64,000 bases of DNA from an uncultured Planctomycetaceae bacterium (GCA_963813715.1 CAWFAK010000017.1:800001-864000); one strand, 5' to 3'. Positions 22,581-36,501 are shown, counted from the first letter of the stretch. Translations and numbers: made by a program. Notes: generated by a model not told the origin, from the letters alone.

Positions 22581-25500
22581 ATGCTTTTGAAGGTGCCGGC
22601 GCTGCTATTGGTCCTGGCCACAGCGACATGCCGATTGTGTTGGGGGGATGACGGCCTAACGGGAAGCAACAAGTCCAAGTTGCCGCAAGCGCCGCAACAG
22701 TCGACTAAGTCGGATCCAAAGACCCAGCAGATTGGGAATGTCCAGAGCGACGCGATCTCTAGAATCACAACCGACATCCAAAATTTCGGCGGCACGAAGG
22801 GTGGATTGGCCGCGGCCAAGTTGGCGTATGCGTCGGCAAAGCTGCTTTTCGGTGACGAGAGCCCCGAAGGGATTCTTGGCGATGACAGGGCTCGGATTCT
22901 CGTACGCTCAGCAACGCGACTTCCCCGCTGCCGCGCCCCTACTCGAGCGGGCCGTCGCAATCAGTCGCAAACTCTATCCACCCGGCAAGCCGATCGCGGG
23001 ACACCGCTGTTTGGCGGTCGCGTTGGAGGTCTCGGGTCTAGTCCGGAAGTTGCAGGGCAACTACGCGCAAGCCGAGCCACTGTTTCAAGAATCACTGGAA
23101 CTGCGGCAGCGGTTGCTTGGCGAAAACAATATAGAAACCGCGAGCAGCATGGACAATTTGGCCGGCGTGTACCAGTCGATGAAGGACTACGCGAGGGCGG
23201 AACCGCTGTTTCGAAAGGCGCGTAGGCATCAAACGGCACGCCTTGGGGGAGAATCACTCGCAGACCCTTCTGGCTTTGAACAACCTCGCCGGTCTGTACC
23301 GGTCGATGGGCGATTACGCAAAGGCGGACCAGTTGGTGCAAGAATCACACGCGTTGCGTGAGAAAATCCTGGCCGGAAACCACCCCGCAACGCCGGCCGA
23401 TCTGAATCGATTAGCTCTTCAGTACCGGTCATTGGGCGAGTTCGCGAAGGCTGAGGCGCTCTACAAGCAGGCGCTTGAGCTTCGCAAGAAGACTCTGGGG
23501 AAGCAGCACCTCGACACCGCTGAGAGCTTCAACAACTTGGCTGAGCTGTATCGGTTCATGGGCGAACACGCGAAGGCGGAGTCGCATTATCTGCAGGTCA
23601 TCGCGATCCGCAAGAAACTACTGGGGGAGCAGCACGCAGACACGGCAACCAGCCTCTACAACTTAGCGTTTTGGTACGGGTCGATTGGTGCCTATGCGAA
23701 GGCCGAGCCGCTCTATCGGCAGGCGCTCGAAATCCGAGAGAAGGTGCTGGGAGAGACTCACCCCGACACGATAAAAACCATCAACAACCTGGCTTTCCTT
23801 TACCAGACGAACAAGCAATACGCGAAGGCGGAGCCACTCTACCTGAGGGCGCTGGACATCGATAAGAAAGTATTGGGCCCAGGGCATCCCGACACCGCGG
23901 CAAGCCTTTCCAGTCTGGCCAGGCTGTATCTGTCCATGGGACTGGAACAACGAGTAAAGGCGGAGTCGTTCTTCCGGCAGGCGCTTGAGATCAAACAGAA
24001 CGTCCTTGGGGACAAGGGGCCAAATACGACCGCGGACCTCGAGGGGCTGGCTTCGCTGTACTTCTCAATGGGACAGTACGCTAAGGCCGAGCCGCTCTTT
24101 CGGCAATCGCTTGAGATCCACAAAACGGTGTGGGGCGAAAGCCACATGGCGACCGCCGTGGCCTACAACCACCTGCTCGCTTTGTATTTTGCGACGGGCG
24201 ACTTTGCGAAGGCTGAGCCCGTCGCTCGGCAAGCGCTTGAGGCCTCCCAGCAGCATCTGATCGATGTTTTCGTCACTCTCTCCGAGCGCGAAGAGCTGGT
24301 CCGTGAAGCGACTCTGCGGAGCAATCTCGATTTGTTCCTTTCGCTCTCGGCCACGCCCGAATACCGGGCCGTCGCCGACCCGAACTCCGTCAGCAACGCA
24401 AATGTCTACCGTTATGTTCTGCTGGGCAAGGGAATGGTCACCGCGCAGCAGTCATTCATTCACCTCAAGCTGCGACGCCCCGAATTGGCTCCCCTGTTTC
24501 GAACAGTTGGCACGAGACAGCCGCCGACTGCAAAGGCTGCGGTTCTCCCCGCCAGCGGAGCCAAAACGGCGCGAAGTCTGGCAGAGCGAGATCGATCAGC
24601 TCGAAAAGCAACGCACATCGGATCAGCAAAAACTGGCAGCTCAGACCGGCGAATTCCGCATGCTCGAAGGGGCGATGCGGGCGGATCGCGAGCAGGTGCA
24701 AAAACTCCAAGCGTCTCTCCCCGATAAATCGGCTCTCGTGGATGTGCTTGAATATGCCCACCTCAGACGCTCCCCCAGCAAATCAGGTCGGCTGATTCGT
24801 GAGCGCCGATTGGTGGCGTTTGTTGTCCGGAAGGACCGCCCGATTGAGAGAGTCGAACTTGGTCCTGTTGGGACGCTGAGCGCTGCTGCCGACCGCTGGC
24901 TGCGGGCGATCGCTCGGGGATTTGGCGGCGCCAGCGATTCGTCCTCCGAACGTCGGGGCGCCGTCGATTCGCAAAAACGCCCTCAGGAGGTCTTGCGCGA
25001 AGGACTGATCGATCCCTTGCGAGCCCACCTCGACGGAATCGAACTGGTGCTGCTCTCGCCGGACGGATTCCTCAATCAGATACCGCTAGTCGCTTTGCCT
25101 GGCCGTGCGGACGGCACGTATCTCCTGGAAGACATTAAGCTGGCGGTCGTGCCGGTTTCGCGTCTGCTATCGACGACACTGCAACCGAGCCTCGGCAGCG
25201 GTTCGTCCGACGACCAATCGCTTTTGCTTGTCGGAGATGTCGACTTCGGAGCGAACCCGGGCTTAGCGTCGGTGGCCAAAAATGACGTCGTGCAGGGGGT
25301 GCCAGTTCACCGCTCCGCCGCGCGTGGTCCCGGTGGTTGCATCTTTGTGCCTCTTCCGGGAACGGCCCAAGAGATCCAAGGGATTGCTCGGACTTTCCGG
25401 GCCAGTTTCCGTGATCGACGCCTTCGGATTCTCAAGAAGTCCGAAGCCACCGAGGACGCCTTTCGGAAGGAAGCGCCCCAACGCCGCTGGATCCACCTGG

Positions 25501-26114
25501 CGACGCACGGTTTCTTTGCGCCCAAGAGCGTTCTGTCACTGCTTGATCCGGTGCCGCTGCCTCGCCTCGATGAAGAAGTTGGTCTCCCGCGGGCGCACCA
25601 GGGCTTCGATCCGGGGCTGTTATCGGGCATCGCTTTCGCGGGCGCGAACGACGGCCTGAGTCCGGCGGTGCCTCGTGGACGAAACGCTGACACTGACGTT
25701 GACGACGGCATCTTGACCGCGCTGGAAGTCGCCGAACTGGACCTGCGCAATGTCGACCTCGCTGTGTTGAGTGCCTGTGAAACGGGTTTGGGGCGCGTGG
25801 CCGGCGGCGAAGGCGTGCTGGGATTGCAACGGGCATTTCAGACTGCCGGAGCGAGGACCTGTCTCACCAGCCTTTGGAAAGTGGACGACACGGCGACGCA
25901 GGTGCTGATGACTGAGTTCTACACGAATTTGTGGCAAAGGAGGCTCGGCAAGCTGGAGTCGTTGCGCCAAGCGCAGTTGACGATGTTGCGGCGTTACGAT
26001 CCGCGCGAGAAGGTGCTTCGTGGACTGGACCTCAGCGCTCCAGACACCAACGATTACCGGCACGGCTCGCCCCTTTTCTGGGCCGCCTTCGTGCTGTCGG
26101 GCGACTGGCGCTGA
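22581..26114 (+). CDS. TPR-CHAT caspase-like protease 1 (frameshifts near 22870, 23225, 24500)
   Basis: Hydrophobic N-terminus, ~9-11 42-aa TPRs, LSPDG.L, HLATHGFF, LSACETG, SPLFWAAFVLSGDWR. Confidence 0.9.
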
Positions 26115-26487
26115 TCACAGTGCGTCAGCGTTCCCAAAGGCCCAGTTTCCCTTGTTCGTCGCCCTGGCCGATGCGGCAAGCGTTGTGGAAGCGTCAATCG
26201 ATCAACCGCAGCGCGACGGCGTGCGGTTGGAATTGGGTATTTCGTTCGCTACGTGTTTCAGGCGCAATGCGTGCACTTTCAACACCGCAAACGTGTGACA
26301 GGTAATGCCTCCGCTGAATCGCTTCATGAGCCCGTGTAGACAACGCTTATAGTGCGCACGGTTTCTAAGCCACTGAAGTCTTTCTCGTTGGCACTCCGTT
26401 CTTCCTGCGATCGTTTTGCGGCTAGTGCCCTTTGCTTGGGGGCCTCAGTCCCAATGACACCCGTGCTGGACGTTGTCGCGATTTTCT

Positions 26488-26516
26488 TTGAAATCGGCCG
26501 ACAGCCAGGTTACGTT
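26488..26516 (+). promoter_or_regulatory. Sigma70-type promoter of TPR-CHAT 2
   Basis: TTGAAA-17-TACGTT after a T-rich tract. Confidence 0.6.
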
Positions 26517-26652
26517 GATGATGCCAGGAGGGCGATGCTGGGTCGCCCAAAGCGGACTCGCGCAGTCCCGGATCCCCAACGTTTCTTGGCTCGGCTTACA
26601 CCGAGGAGCCGGGCCTGCCTCCAATGAGGCATGCCTGAAGGAGACTGCTAGG

Positions 26653-29600
26653 ATGAAACGGCGCAATGCGCTGAACGCTTGCCGATCGGCGAGGAATGTG
26701 CTTCTCACCCTATGCGTGTCGATGGCCTTCGACAGCACCGCTTACGCTGCTGATCCGACGCTGCCGACCAAACCCACTCCATTGTCCGATGCCGAGCGGA
26801 AGCCCCTTTTGGCAGACCGGGACCGCTTCGACAAAGAGTCGGCGACGCTCGAAACGCAGGGAAACTACGCCAACGCTGTCGCCGCGGCAGAAAAGATGTT
26901 GGGGATCGAACGCCGGGTCTTTGGCGACGTAGCCGATGACGTCGCAGGATTCTTTGGAACGCATCGGCCGCTGCCGACTTGCGAGCGATGAATACGCCGC
27001 GGCTCGAAAGGTGTTCGAGGAAGAGGTGTCAATCCTTCATAAGTTGCACGGCGATCGGGATTGGCGCACCATCAACGCGCAACGCGCTCTTGAGGATGCG
27101 GAGCTCCAGGCCCGATGGACTCCAAAGCAGCGCCAGGAAGTAGCCCGAGCCGCTTCGCTGGATCAAGAATTCGGCCGGCTCTGCAACCGCGGGGACTTCC
27201 GCGGTGCGGCTCACGTCGCAGAGCAGGCCCTCGACATCCGAAAGACAGTCCTGGGTGAGCACCCCGCCACGGCTGTCAGCCTCGACAACCTGGCTGGGCT
27301 CTACGCGTCGATAGGGCAGTACGCAAAGGCGGAGCACCTCTATCGGCAGGCACTGAAGATTTTTAGGAAACGCCTGGGGGAAGAACACCCGAGCACGGCC
27401 ATCAGCCTCAGCAATCTCGGCAAGGTCCAGCAGCTGATGGGCCAGTTCGCCCAGGCGGAGTCACTCTACCGGCAGGCGCTGGCGATCTCTAAGAAAGTCT
27501 CGGGAGAACAACGCTCGGAGAATGCGACCTTTTTAAACAACTTGGCATCGCTCTACTATTCGACTGGCCAAATTGCGAAGGCGGCGCCCCTCTTCGAGCA
27601 AGCGCTCGAGATCAAGACGAAAATCCTCGGGGACCAACACCCGGACCCGGACAGGGCAATCAGCCTCAACAACCTGGGTTTGCTCTACCAAACGATGGGC
27701 CAATACGCGAAAGCGGAGATTTTCTTTGGGCAGTCCCTTGCGATCAGAAAGAAAGTCCTGGGGGAGCGGCACCCGGACATTGCCATCAGCCTTAGCACTC
27801 TCGCCGCGCTTTACGTGGCGATGGGCCACTACGTAAAGGCGGAGCCTCTTTTCCTAGAGGCCTTTGCGATCCAAAAAAATACCCTGGGGGAGCAGCACCC
27901 GGACACCGCCACGAGCCTCAGCAATCTCGCCGCGCTTTACCTGGCAATGGGCCAATACGCGAAGGCGGAGCCCCTCGGTCTGCAAGCTGTCACGGTCCAA
28001 AAGAGAGTCTTCGGTGAGCAGCACCCACGCGCAGCTCAGAGCCTCGAGAACCTGGCTGGGCTCTACCAGGCGATGGGCAAGTACACGCAGGCGGAGAAAC
28101 TCTATCGAGAGGCGCGCGAGATCAAGAAGAAAGCTCTGGAGAGCCAACCCCCGGACACGGCCGACGGCCTCAATAACCTGGCCGAACTGTACCGCTCGTT
28201 GGGCAAGTATGCAAACGCCGAGCCCCTCTATCGGCAGGCACTCGAGATCAACAAGAAGGCTCTGGGTGAGCAACACCCGCTCACAGCTCTTATTCTCATG
28301 AACCTGGCTCACCTGTACAGAGATCTTGGCGAATACGCGAAGGCCGAACCCCTGTGTCGACAGGCGCTGGATATTAGAAAGAAAGTGCTGGGGGAAGAGC
28401 ACCCCGAGACGGCCACGAGCCTTAACGATCTGGCTGAGCTCTACCAGTCGATGGGCCGATACACGAAGGCTGAGCCCCTCCTACGGCAGGCGCTGGAGAT
28501 CAACGAGAAGGTCCTGGCGGCGCGGCACCCAAAGACAGCCGGAAGTCTGAACAATCTGGCTGGTTTCTACTGGTCGACCGGGCAATACGCGAAGGCCGAG
28601 CCTCTCCTGCGGCAGGCGCTGGAGATCACCAAGACGGCCCTGGGGGATCAGCACCCCGAGACGGCCAGAAGCCTGACCAACCTGGCCGGGCTGTACTGGA
28701 AGATGTGCGAGTACACGAAGGGGGAGCAACTCTACCTCCAGGGGCTGGCGATCAGAAAGAACGCCCTGGGGGAGCAGCATCCAGACACGGCCAACAGTCT
28801 TACCAACCTGGCTGAACTGTACTTTTCGATGGGTGAGTTCGCCAAGGCAGAGCCCCTCGGCCGGCAGGCGCTGGCAATCCGGAAGAAGGTTCTGGGGGAT
28901 CAGCATCCGGACACGGCCGTCAGCCTCGGCAACCTCGCTAAGCTCTACTGGGGGATGGGCGAGTACGCGAAGGCGGAGCCCTTCGGCCGGCAGGCGCTGG
29001 AGATCCGCCAGAAAATTTTGGGGAAGCGGCACCCAGACACTGCTGCGAGCCTCAACGACCTCGGTTCGCTGTATCTGAGGATGGGTGAGTACGCAAAGGC
29101 GGAACCCCTCTTCCAGCAGACGCTCGACGTCCAAAGGGAAACAATTGGGGAACTACACCCGGATACGGCCCAGAGCCGCGGCAACCTAGCGTTGCTGTAT
29201 CGGTTGATGGGCCAGTACACGAAGGCGGAGCCTCTCCAACGGCAGGTGCTGGCGAGCTCTCAACGCCTGCTGGTCGAGAGCTTCGCGATCCTCTCCGAGC
29301 GCGAGCAGTTGGCGCTCGCAGCGGGTTCGCGATACCAACTCGACAATTATCTCTCCATGACAGGTACTCCCGACGACCGGGCGGCCACCGGGGCCGGCCA
29401 TGTCAGCGATGCCGACGTCTACCGATATGTCCTGCTGCGCAAGGGCATCGTCACCGCCCAACAGGAGTTCATTCACGCCGTGCTCCGTGCCAAAAAGTCG
29501 CCGGAGCTCGACGCCCTGTTTCAAAAGCTCCAAGAGGACAGCCGGCACCTTCAGAACCTGCGTTTCTCGCCTCCGAAGCAATCCGCGACTCTCGAGGCCT

Positions 29601-31131
29601 GGCGCCGCGACATTGCCAGACTGGAGGAGGAGCGAAACGCGACCCAACAGAAACTGGCCGCTCAGAGCGGCGAATTTCGCGCACTTGAGGAATCACTGCA
29701 GGCGGACGTCGAGCGAGTCAAGAAACTCCAAAGGCTACTCCCGGCTAAAGCGGCCCTCGTCGACTTCCTGGAATACGCGCATTCCAATCCGCCGCCCGAA
29801 AAAAAGGGGCCGCTCAAGGTTGAGGAGCGGCTCACGGCCTTCGTCGTCCGCAGCGACAGCGTGAAACGAGTCGATCTGGGGCCGGTCGCACCCCTCGCGA
29901 TTGCATCGGATCAATGGCGGCGAGCGATTGTCCGGGGTTCTGGCGGGGTGAACGAGCTGGCCTCCGAGTCCTCCGCCGCCCGCGATTCGGAAGGCCCTCC
30001 CCAACAATTCCTGCGGGAGCGTCTGGTCGATCCCCTTCTGCCGCACCTTCATGGAATCGAATTGCTGCTGATTTCTCCCGACGGGTTTCTGAACCAGCTG
30101 CCCCTCGCGGCCCTGCCTGCGCAAACCAAGGGGCAGTATCTGATTGAAGAGGTGCGAGTTGCGGTCATCCCGGTTCCGCCGACCTGCCAGCACTCTTGAA
30201 CTCCAAACCGGAGGACCTCCCGGGAGAGCCTTCGCTGCTGCTGGTCGGGGGCGTCGATTTCGGAGGCGATCCGGGCGGGGTTGCGATGGCAAGAAGCGAC
30301 TCTTCGTCTGCTGGGCCGCGCCATCAAGCTGTTGTGCGCGGTCCAGACGGTCGCGTCTTTGGTCCGCTGCCCGGCACGGCCCAGGAAATTGATGAGATCG
30401 GCAAAAGCTTTCAAGCGCGCTTTGGCGCAGGCAAGATCGAAATCCTCGACAAGAACCGCGCGACGGTGGAAGCATTCCGGTCCGTCGCTCCGCGGCACCG
30501 GTGGCTTCATCTTGCAACACACGGATTCTTCGCGCCAGAAGCCCTTCGCTCTGTTCCTGACCGCCAAGCCGAAGACCACAATCCGAACGATCAGTTGGGC
30601 CGTCAAATGCCAACCACTGGGTCCGATCCTGCACCGCTCTCCGGCATTGTCTTCGCGGGAGTAAACCGCCCATGGGCGCCATCCGAAAAATCCCCGACTG
30701 CTTTCAATGACGAGCATGAGGACGGGATTTTGACGGCTTTAGAGATTTCCGAACTCGATTTGCGCAACGTCGATCTGGCCGTTTTATCGGCGTGCGAGAC
30801 CGGACTAGGCCGCGTCGCAGGCGGGGAAGGCGTGCTGGGTTTGCAGCGGGCATTTCAGACGGCCGGAGCGCGGACTTGCATCACAAGTTTGTGGAAAATC
30901 GACGATGCGGCCACGCAGGCGGTGATGACGGAGTTCTACACCAACCTCTGGCAAAAGAAGCTTGGCAAGTTGGAGGCACTCCGCCAGGCGCAACTTGCCA
31001 TGCTGAAGCGATACGACGCAAAGGAGCGGAAATTCCGGGGTCTCGACCTTCCGGAATCCAGCGTGCCGGCCACGCACCGCGACTCGCCGTTTTATTGGTC
31101 GGCATTCGTCCTCTCCGGCGACTGGCAGTAG
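26653..31131 (+). CDS. TPR-CHAT caspase-like protease 2 (frameshifts near 26950, 30185)
   Basis: AAGGAG ribosome binding site, signal peptide ending AYA, 16 tandem 42-aa TPRs, HLATHGFF, LSACETG. Confidence 0.92.
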
Positions 31132-31326
31132 ATCAACGCGTTGTGCGCCGAGTGGAGGATCCAATCGGGCCGGCCCGTAAGGAATCCGGTCGGCTTTTCG
31201 GGAGGGTCAATCGACAGGTGGGCTCAAGGCCAAACGCGATTTGCATCGGCCTTAAGCTTGTGCTGCCTGTCACGACCAGTTGATCCTCGAGATCCCACGC
31301 GCTACCGTCCCGCTCCAGATATCATG

Positions 31327-31475
31327 TTTCGGAAATAGGCGCCGCACTACCGCTGGCTGCACCTGGCGACACACGGATTCTTTGCTCCCGCGGGGGTCGC
31401 GTCGGCTCTGGCCGCGACGCAGGAGGACCAGGCACGCGGCTTTGGAGAATTCGGCCGGAAAGGGATTGCCGACGA
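31327..31475 (+). pseudogene. Relic internal CHAT fragment containing the catalytic-His motif
   Basis: FRK*APHYRWLHLATHGFFAP versus FRKEAPQRRWIHLATHGFFAP in paralogue 1. Confidence 0.85.
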
Positions 31476-31493
31476 CGCGTTGTTCGTTGCAGC

Positions 31494-34400
31494 TCACCGC
31501 CAGTCGCCGGAAAGGACGAAGGCCGCCCAGTAGAACGGTGAGCCACGTTTCAGGTCGGTGACTTCGTCGGCGGGAATGTCCAGGCCGCGCGAAACAAATT
31601 TGTTTTGCCGAGGATCGTATTCATGGAGCATCCGCAACTGCGCCTGCCGCAGGGCTGTGAGTTTTGAGTGCTTCTTCTGCCAGAGGTTTGTGTAGAACTC
31701 GGTCATTAGAACTCGCGTAGCCTGGTCGTCGACCTCCCACAAGCTTGTAATGCAAGTCCGAGCACCGGCCACCTGAAACGCGCGCTGTAGCCCCACCACG
31801 CCCTCGCCCCCCGCGATCTGGCCGCGTCCCGACTCGCAGGCGCTCAGCACCGCCAAATCCACCCGGTGCAAGTCCATCTCGGATGCCTCCAAGGCCGTCA
31901 GGAAAGCGTTCCCTCTGCCGACGGCTGCCCAGTTGGCCCCGGCAAAGACCAGTCCAGAGCGTATTGCTGGATTAGTCGCGATCGAGGGGCGATTCAACAA
32001 CACGCCCTCGATCGCCCAAGCACGCGCTGTGGAATCGCGGTCCTTTTCTGGGGTGTCCGGAAAGAAGAATCCGTGCGTGCATACGACGAGGCACGACGCT
32101 TGAGGCGCTCGCGTTATGAAGGCTCGCTTCGTCGCCTCCTTGCGCGTGAGGACGTCGGCCCGTTCGCCGCTGAACGTGGCGTGGAACAACTCGTCCACGG
32201 CCTTAATCTCGACCGCGGTTCCCGGCAGATCGGGAAAATGATACGGGCCCACCTTGGCATCTGGATCGAGCGTTGCTCCGAAATCGATATCGCCAAACGC
32301 CAGCAAATTGGGCTTCGCGTGCGCTCCCGGGCTCGTTTGCAGAAGCTCGGGAAGCAATTGCGGCACGGGAACAGTTGCAAATGCATACTGCTCGATGAGG
32401 AACGTGCCGGGTTTGTTTCCCGGAAGGGCCCCCCAGGGTAGCCCGTTCAGCGGCCCATCCGGGGAGACGAGAACGACTTGGATCCCATCCAGCTTCGGCT
32501 CGAGCGGTTTCCATAACCGGTCGCGCAATTCCAACCCGATGGACGGATTACTGATGGCAGGCCATCCGGCGCCGCCATATGTTGCACGCCATGCGTCGAT
32601 TTTCCGCTTGAGATCATCGGACGACCCCAGTGGCACGAGAATGATTTGAGGAAGGTCCGGCGCAGGACGAAGGCCACGACTCGATTATCTTCGACGCCAT
32701 CGCTTTTCCCCGCGGGATGAGAAGAGAGGTGGTCGTACTCGATGATATCGACGAGTGCGGTTTGAGGCGGCAATATTCCCCGGATCTGTTTGGCGTCGAC
32801 GCTGGCCCGTTGTTGAAAGAGCTGGTAAGCCCGGCTGCGCTCGGTCAATTGCCGCTCCAAGGAACCTCGCTCGGACGACACCTTTTCGATGAGTGCCGTG
32901 TTATCGTTTGCCGGCGGCGAGCCGCCGACGATCGACAGGCTCAGAGCTTGCTCGTTCACCTGCTGTAATCGGTCCAACAAGTGCTTTGTCTCTGCATCGG
33001 CGTTGTCGCGCGCCTGGCGCGCCGAGCGCAGCTGAGCGGTCACTCCTCCCTTCACGCGCAACACCCGGTCATAAATGGGACCGGGGTACGCCTTTGTACG
33101 GAGCGCTGCACAAACCAAGTGGCTGACCGTAGAGTGCGACGCAGCGGCTGTCGCAAGCTGCTCTTGCTCGGCTTGGGAGACGGACATTCGGAGCTGTTCA
33201 GCCTGGTAGAGATCGGCTGCTTCCTCGAGCACAGGAACCGCCCCTGCGGGCTGGGTTTCCGCCAGCAGCATTAACCGGCCGAGATCTGAAAGGCCTTTGG
33301 CAATCAGTGGGTGACCCTTGGGCAGCGACTTTCGCCAGGTTGCCAGCCCCTCATCAATATCGGCGCGAGCCTGCCTGTAATTGCCCTGTAGCTCGTCCAC
33401 GATTGCCAGGTTAATGAAACACTTGCCGATGTCCGGATGGGTTTTCGAGAGGACCTTTTGGCGAATAGTCAACGCCTCAAGATGGCTCTTGCGCACTGCT
33501 GCGTAATCCCCTAACGCGTTTTGGGCGGTTCCGAGATTGTCGAGGCCGATCGCGACGTAAGCATCATCTGGTCCGACCGCCTTGCGATAGATGGCGACAG
33601 CCTCTGCGAAGCTGTCGCGGGCTGACGCGCGGTCTTCTTCTACGCTGCCCAGATTGTTGAGGCTCGACGCGATGTCGACGTGATCCTTAGGAAGGGCTTT
33701 GCGACGGATGGCTAAAGCCTCCAGGTAGCTCTTCCTGGCCGACGCGTTGTCATTCAAATCGTGTTGGATGTTTCCCAAGTTGTTGAGACAGTGAGCGATG
33801 TCGAGTTCGTGATTTCCGGGAAGCGTCCTCCAGATTGAGAGCGCCTCTTCAAAGCTTCTCCGGGCGGAGACGAAGTCACGCAAGTGCCATTGCTCAAGCC
33901 CCAGCGAGTTCAGCTTGTTTGCGACATCGGGATGTCCATTAGGCAGCAAGTTTCGGCGCGTCGCAAATGCTTCCTGATTTTCGCGGGCCGATGTATAGTC
34001 ACCCAATTCCTGTTGGATCCGTCCGAGATTACCGACCACGTCTGCAATGGGACTGCCACTCTTGGATCTCGCTTTGCGGCTAATTGCCGCAGCTTGCGCA
34101 AGCTTTCCACGGCGGCTGGCCAGTCGCCCGACTCCCGTTGCACTGTTCCAATGTTAACGAGGCGGGCCGCGATGTCGGGATCATCGTCCGGCAACGATTG
34201 CCGACGGATTGCCAATGCCTCTTCCTGGCAACGTCGTGACGAAGCATATTCGTGGCACTGTCGATGCAAATCTCCCAGGCAGTCGAGAGTCGTCACAATG
34301 TTGGGGTGGTTTCTGGGCAGAACCTTACGGCCCATCGCCAACGCGGCCTGAAAGGCCTTGATTGCCGAGCTTCTGTCACCCGATTCCCGTTGTACGATTG

Positions 34401-36429
34401 CGATGTTAAGCAGCCGGCCCGCGATGTCGGGATCGTCGTCGGGCAACGATTGACGACGGATTGCCAATGCCTCTTCCTGGCAGCGTCGTGACGACGCGTA
34501 CTCGTGGCGTTGTCGATATAAATCCGCCAGCGAGTCGAGAGCTGTTACAACATTGGGGTGGTTTCTGGGCAGAGTCTTGCGGGCGACGGCCAATGCTTGT
34601 TCGTAGCTTTCACGAGCGGCCGCGTCATATCCCAGAATCGCTTCCCCCCGGCCGAGGTTGCGAAGGCCTTCGACAAACTCGGCGTGAATTTTGGTCAAGG
34701 CTTTGGCACGGTTAGCCAGCGCTTCTTCATGGCTCTTTCGCGCGTCGGCGGCTTCGCCCAATTCACGCTCCACGGCTGCCACACATTCTAGGCTCAGGGC
34801 GATGTCCAGATAATTCGGAGCGGGGATTTTGCGCCGAATCTCAAGCGCCTCCGCATAGGTCTTGCGTGCCGAGGCGTAATCGTGAAGAAACCACTGAACG
34901 TTGCCAATCGTTTGGAGCCGAGTAGCCATTTCGGCATCGTCCTTCGCCACAGTCTTACGGCGAATCGTTAATTCTCGTTCAAGACTTTCGCGGGCAGCGG
35001 CGTAATCGCCCGCTTCCTCTTGTTCACGTCCCAGTTTGCTGAGCAACTCGGCAATGTTACTGCGGTTTTTGGCCGGCGCGTTCTTGCAAATGGCCGCCGC
35101 TTGCCGCAAGCTGCGAGTAGCTGATTCCCTGTCACCCGATTCTCGTTGCACGATTGCAATATTGATCAGCCGGGCCGCAATGTCGGGATCGTCGTTCGGC
35201 AACGATTGACGACGGATTGCCAATGCCTCTTCCTGGCACCTGCGCGACGACGCGAACTCGCGGCGCTCTCGATGCAAGTCCCCCAGGCAGTCGAGAATCG
35301 TAGCACAGGCGTGGTTTCGGGGGAGGACCTTGCGAGCGATCGCTAAAGATTGCTCGAAGCTCTTGAGTGCCGATTCGCCGTCGCCCGCTGCTCTTTGCAC
35401 GACTGCCAGATCGAAGAGCCGACGGCCAATATCGACGTCGTCGTCCCGAATCGACTTTCTGCGAATGGCCAGCGCCTCCTCGTAACGCTTGCGGGCGGAC
35501 GCGTAATCGTGCAGGTTGCGTTCGGCCATTGACACGCTATCCAGACACGTAACAAGGTAGGGATGGTCTCCGGGCAGCAGCGCACGGGCGATGGCGAGCT
35601 TCTCAAGAAAATACTTGCGAGACACGGTGTCACGGTGCAGGCTCGCTTCCAAGCGGCCCAATTCGTCCAGGCTGTTGGCGACGTCCGGGTGCATTTCTCC
35701 AAGGATCTCCCGCCGGAGGGAGAGCGCCCTTTCGTTAAGTTCGCGAGCTTTTGGCAAATCGCCGACGGAGCAGCACTGGCGGGCGAATTGATGAACCGCG
35801 TCGGCCACCAGCCAATGCTTGGGGCCGAGCAGCGCGCGCCGAGTCTCGAGAACCTCTTGGGAGAGTGCTCGTGCCTCCTTCAGATTCTTCTTCTCAGTGA
35901 GCCGGTCGATGGTTTGAGCCTTATCGTCGGCGTCCCAAAGCTGTTGCCGCTCTGTTGGCTGCAACCGGGCCAGTGTGTTGGTTAACTGCAAGGCACGGCG
36001 GGCGTCAGCGGCCATATAATGCTGTTTGCCGTATTGCCGGCACCGAATCGAAATGAGCTCCTCGCGAGCCTTGATCGCCGACGGCCAATCCTCGAGCCGC
36101 TCGTCGAGTCTGGCCGAAATCGCCAGCGCATCGGCCAGCTCCACCGATGCGTCACCGAAGAGTTGCCGGACGATTTCGAGATCGCGCTTCGTCGACGTTT
36201 TCGATTCGCGATATTTCCTTGCTGCAAGAAGGCTCGCGATCTCCCGGTCGAGTCGTTCCTTCTCGGCCAGAAGCCGCTTACGCTGCGCGTCCGAAAGCGA
36301 CCCGTGGGCCTTCGTCACGGGACGGTCGTACCCACGAGTCGCCATCGGCGAAATCGTGACCGAAACCGTCAATATCATCAACGCACAGACAATTCCGCCC
36401 AGGCTCTGCCCTCTCATTGGCTTCGACAT
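31494..36429 (-). CDS. TPR-CHAT caspase-like protease 3, divergent and inverted (frameshifts near 34060, 33970, 32650)
   Basis: Hydrophobic N-terminus, long TPR array, VSPDGPL, CTHGFF, LSACESG, SPFYWAAFVLSGDWR. Confidence 0.9.
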
Positions 36430-36472
36430 CGCTGCTCCCGACTCGCGACGGCAAGCAAAGCACGCCATCAAC

Positions 36473-36501
36473 AACCTAGCAGGACGTGTTCACGAATTCA
36501 A
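36473..36501 (-). promoter_or_regulatory. Sigma70-type promoter of TPR-CHAT 3
   Basis: TTGAAT-17-TAGGTT on the minus strand. Confidence 0.6.
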
